The translations under genes were made by a program, and so were the position numbers. The notes under the pieces were generated by a model, which worked only from the letters and a program-made list of their open reading frames with translations, searched no databases and was not told where the DNA came from. DNA of 64,000 nucleotides, from positions 2,068,297 through 2,132,296 of the forward strand of contig CM074819.1 of the NCBI GenBank assembly GCA_037447605.1, read 5' to 3'. Positions within the stretch are counted from its first letter, which is position 1. Every line of letters starts with the position of its first letter. Positions 63,887 through 64,000 of the stretch are shown one piece after another. The DNA comes from Zygnema circumcarinatum SAG 698-1b. Its lineage: Eukaryota; Plantae; Zygnematophyceae.

Positions 63887-64000
63887 GTGCGATATTCAAC
63901 GCCCTGTTCCATGTGCTCCGTTACGCCAAAATCTGTATTACTGAATACGTAACTGTGCAGCCAGCTGGTTTTTAAGCATCAAAAAAAGGAAAAGGTTCAA

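Overview
Eukaryotic green-plant DNA, probably a streptophyte alga or early-diverging plant (inferred from the plant-type tRNA ligase and TTTAGGG-like repeats). It is a draft assembly with many N gaps. I assembled four conserved intron-rich genes by hand from splice sites and reading phase: the last two exons of an aspartyl aminopeptidase (+), a complete BAT1-like amino-acid permease (-, 6 exons), a complete 26S proteasome ATPase RPT6 (-, 9 exons, one GC-AG intron), and the first 16 exons of a plant tRNA ligase RNL (+). A tRNA-His(GTG) gene sits head-to-head 91 bp upstream of the first RNL ATG. The middle (16.5-54 kb) is a transposon-rich accessory block. It holds a disrupted nested Copia cluster, a near-intact Copia with TSD, a gag-protease-only Copia derivative, a solo LTR, a CRE-like RLE non-LTR retrotransposon, a Mutator-like element and a MITE family with 3-bp ANT target duplications. 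It also holds two paralogous genes for a secreted L-type lectin with Pro-rich modules, whose lectin loops have diverged much more than their flanks. Many introns are built from telomere-like and GA/CT simple repeats. Most listed ORFs in those tracts are low-complexity artefacts.
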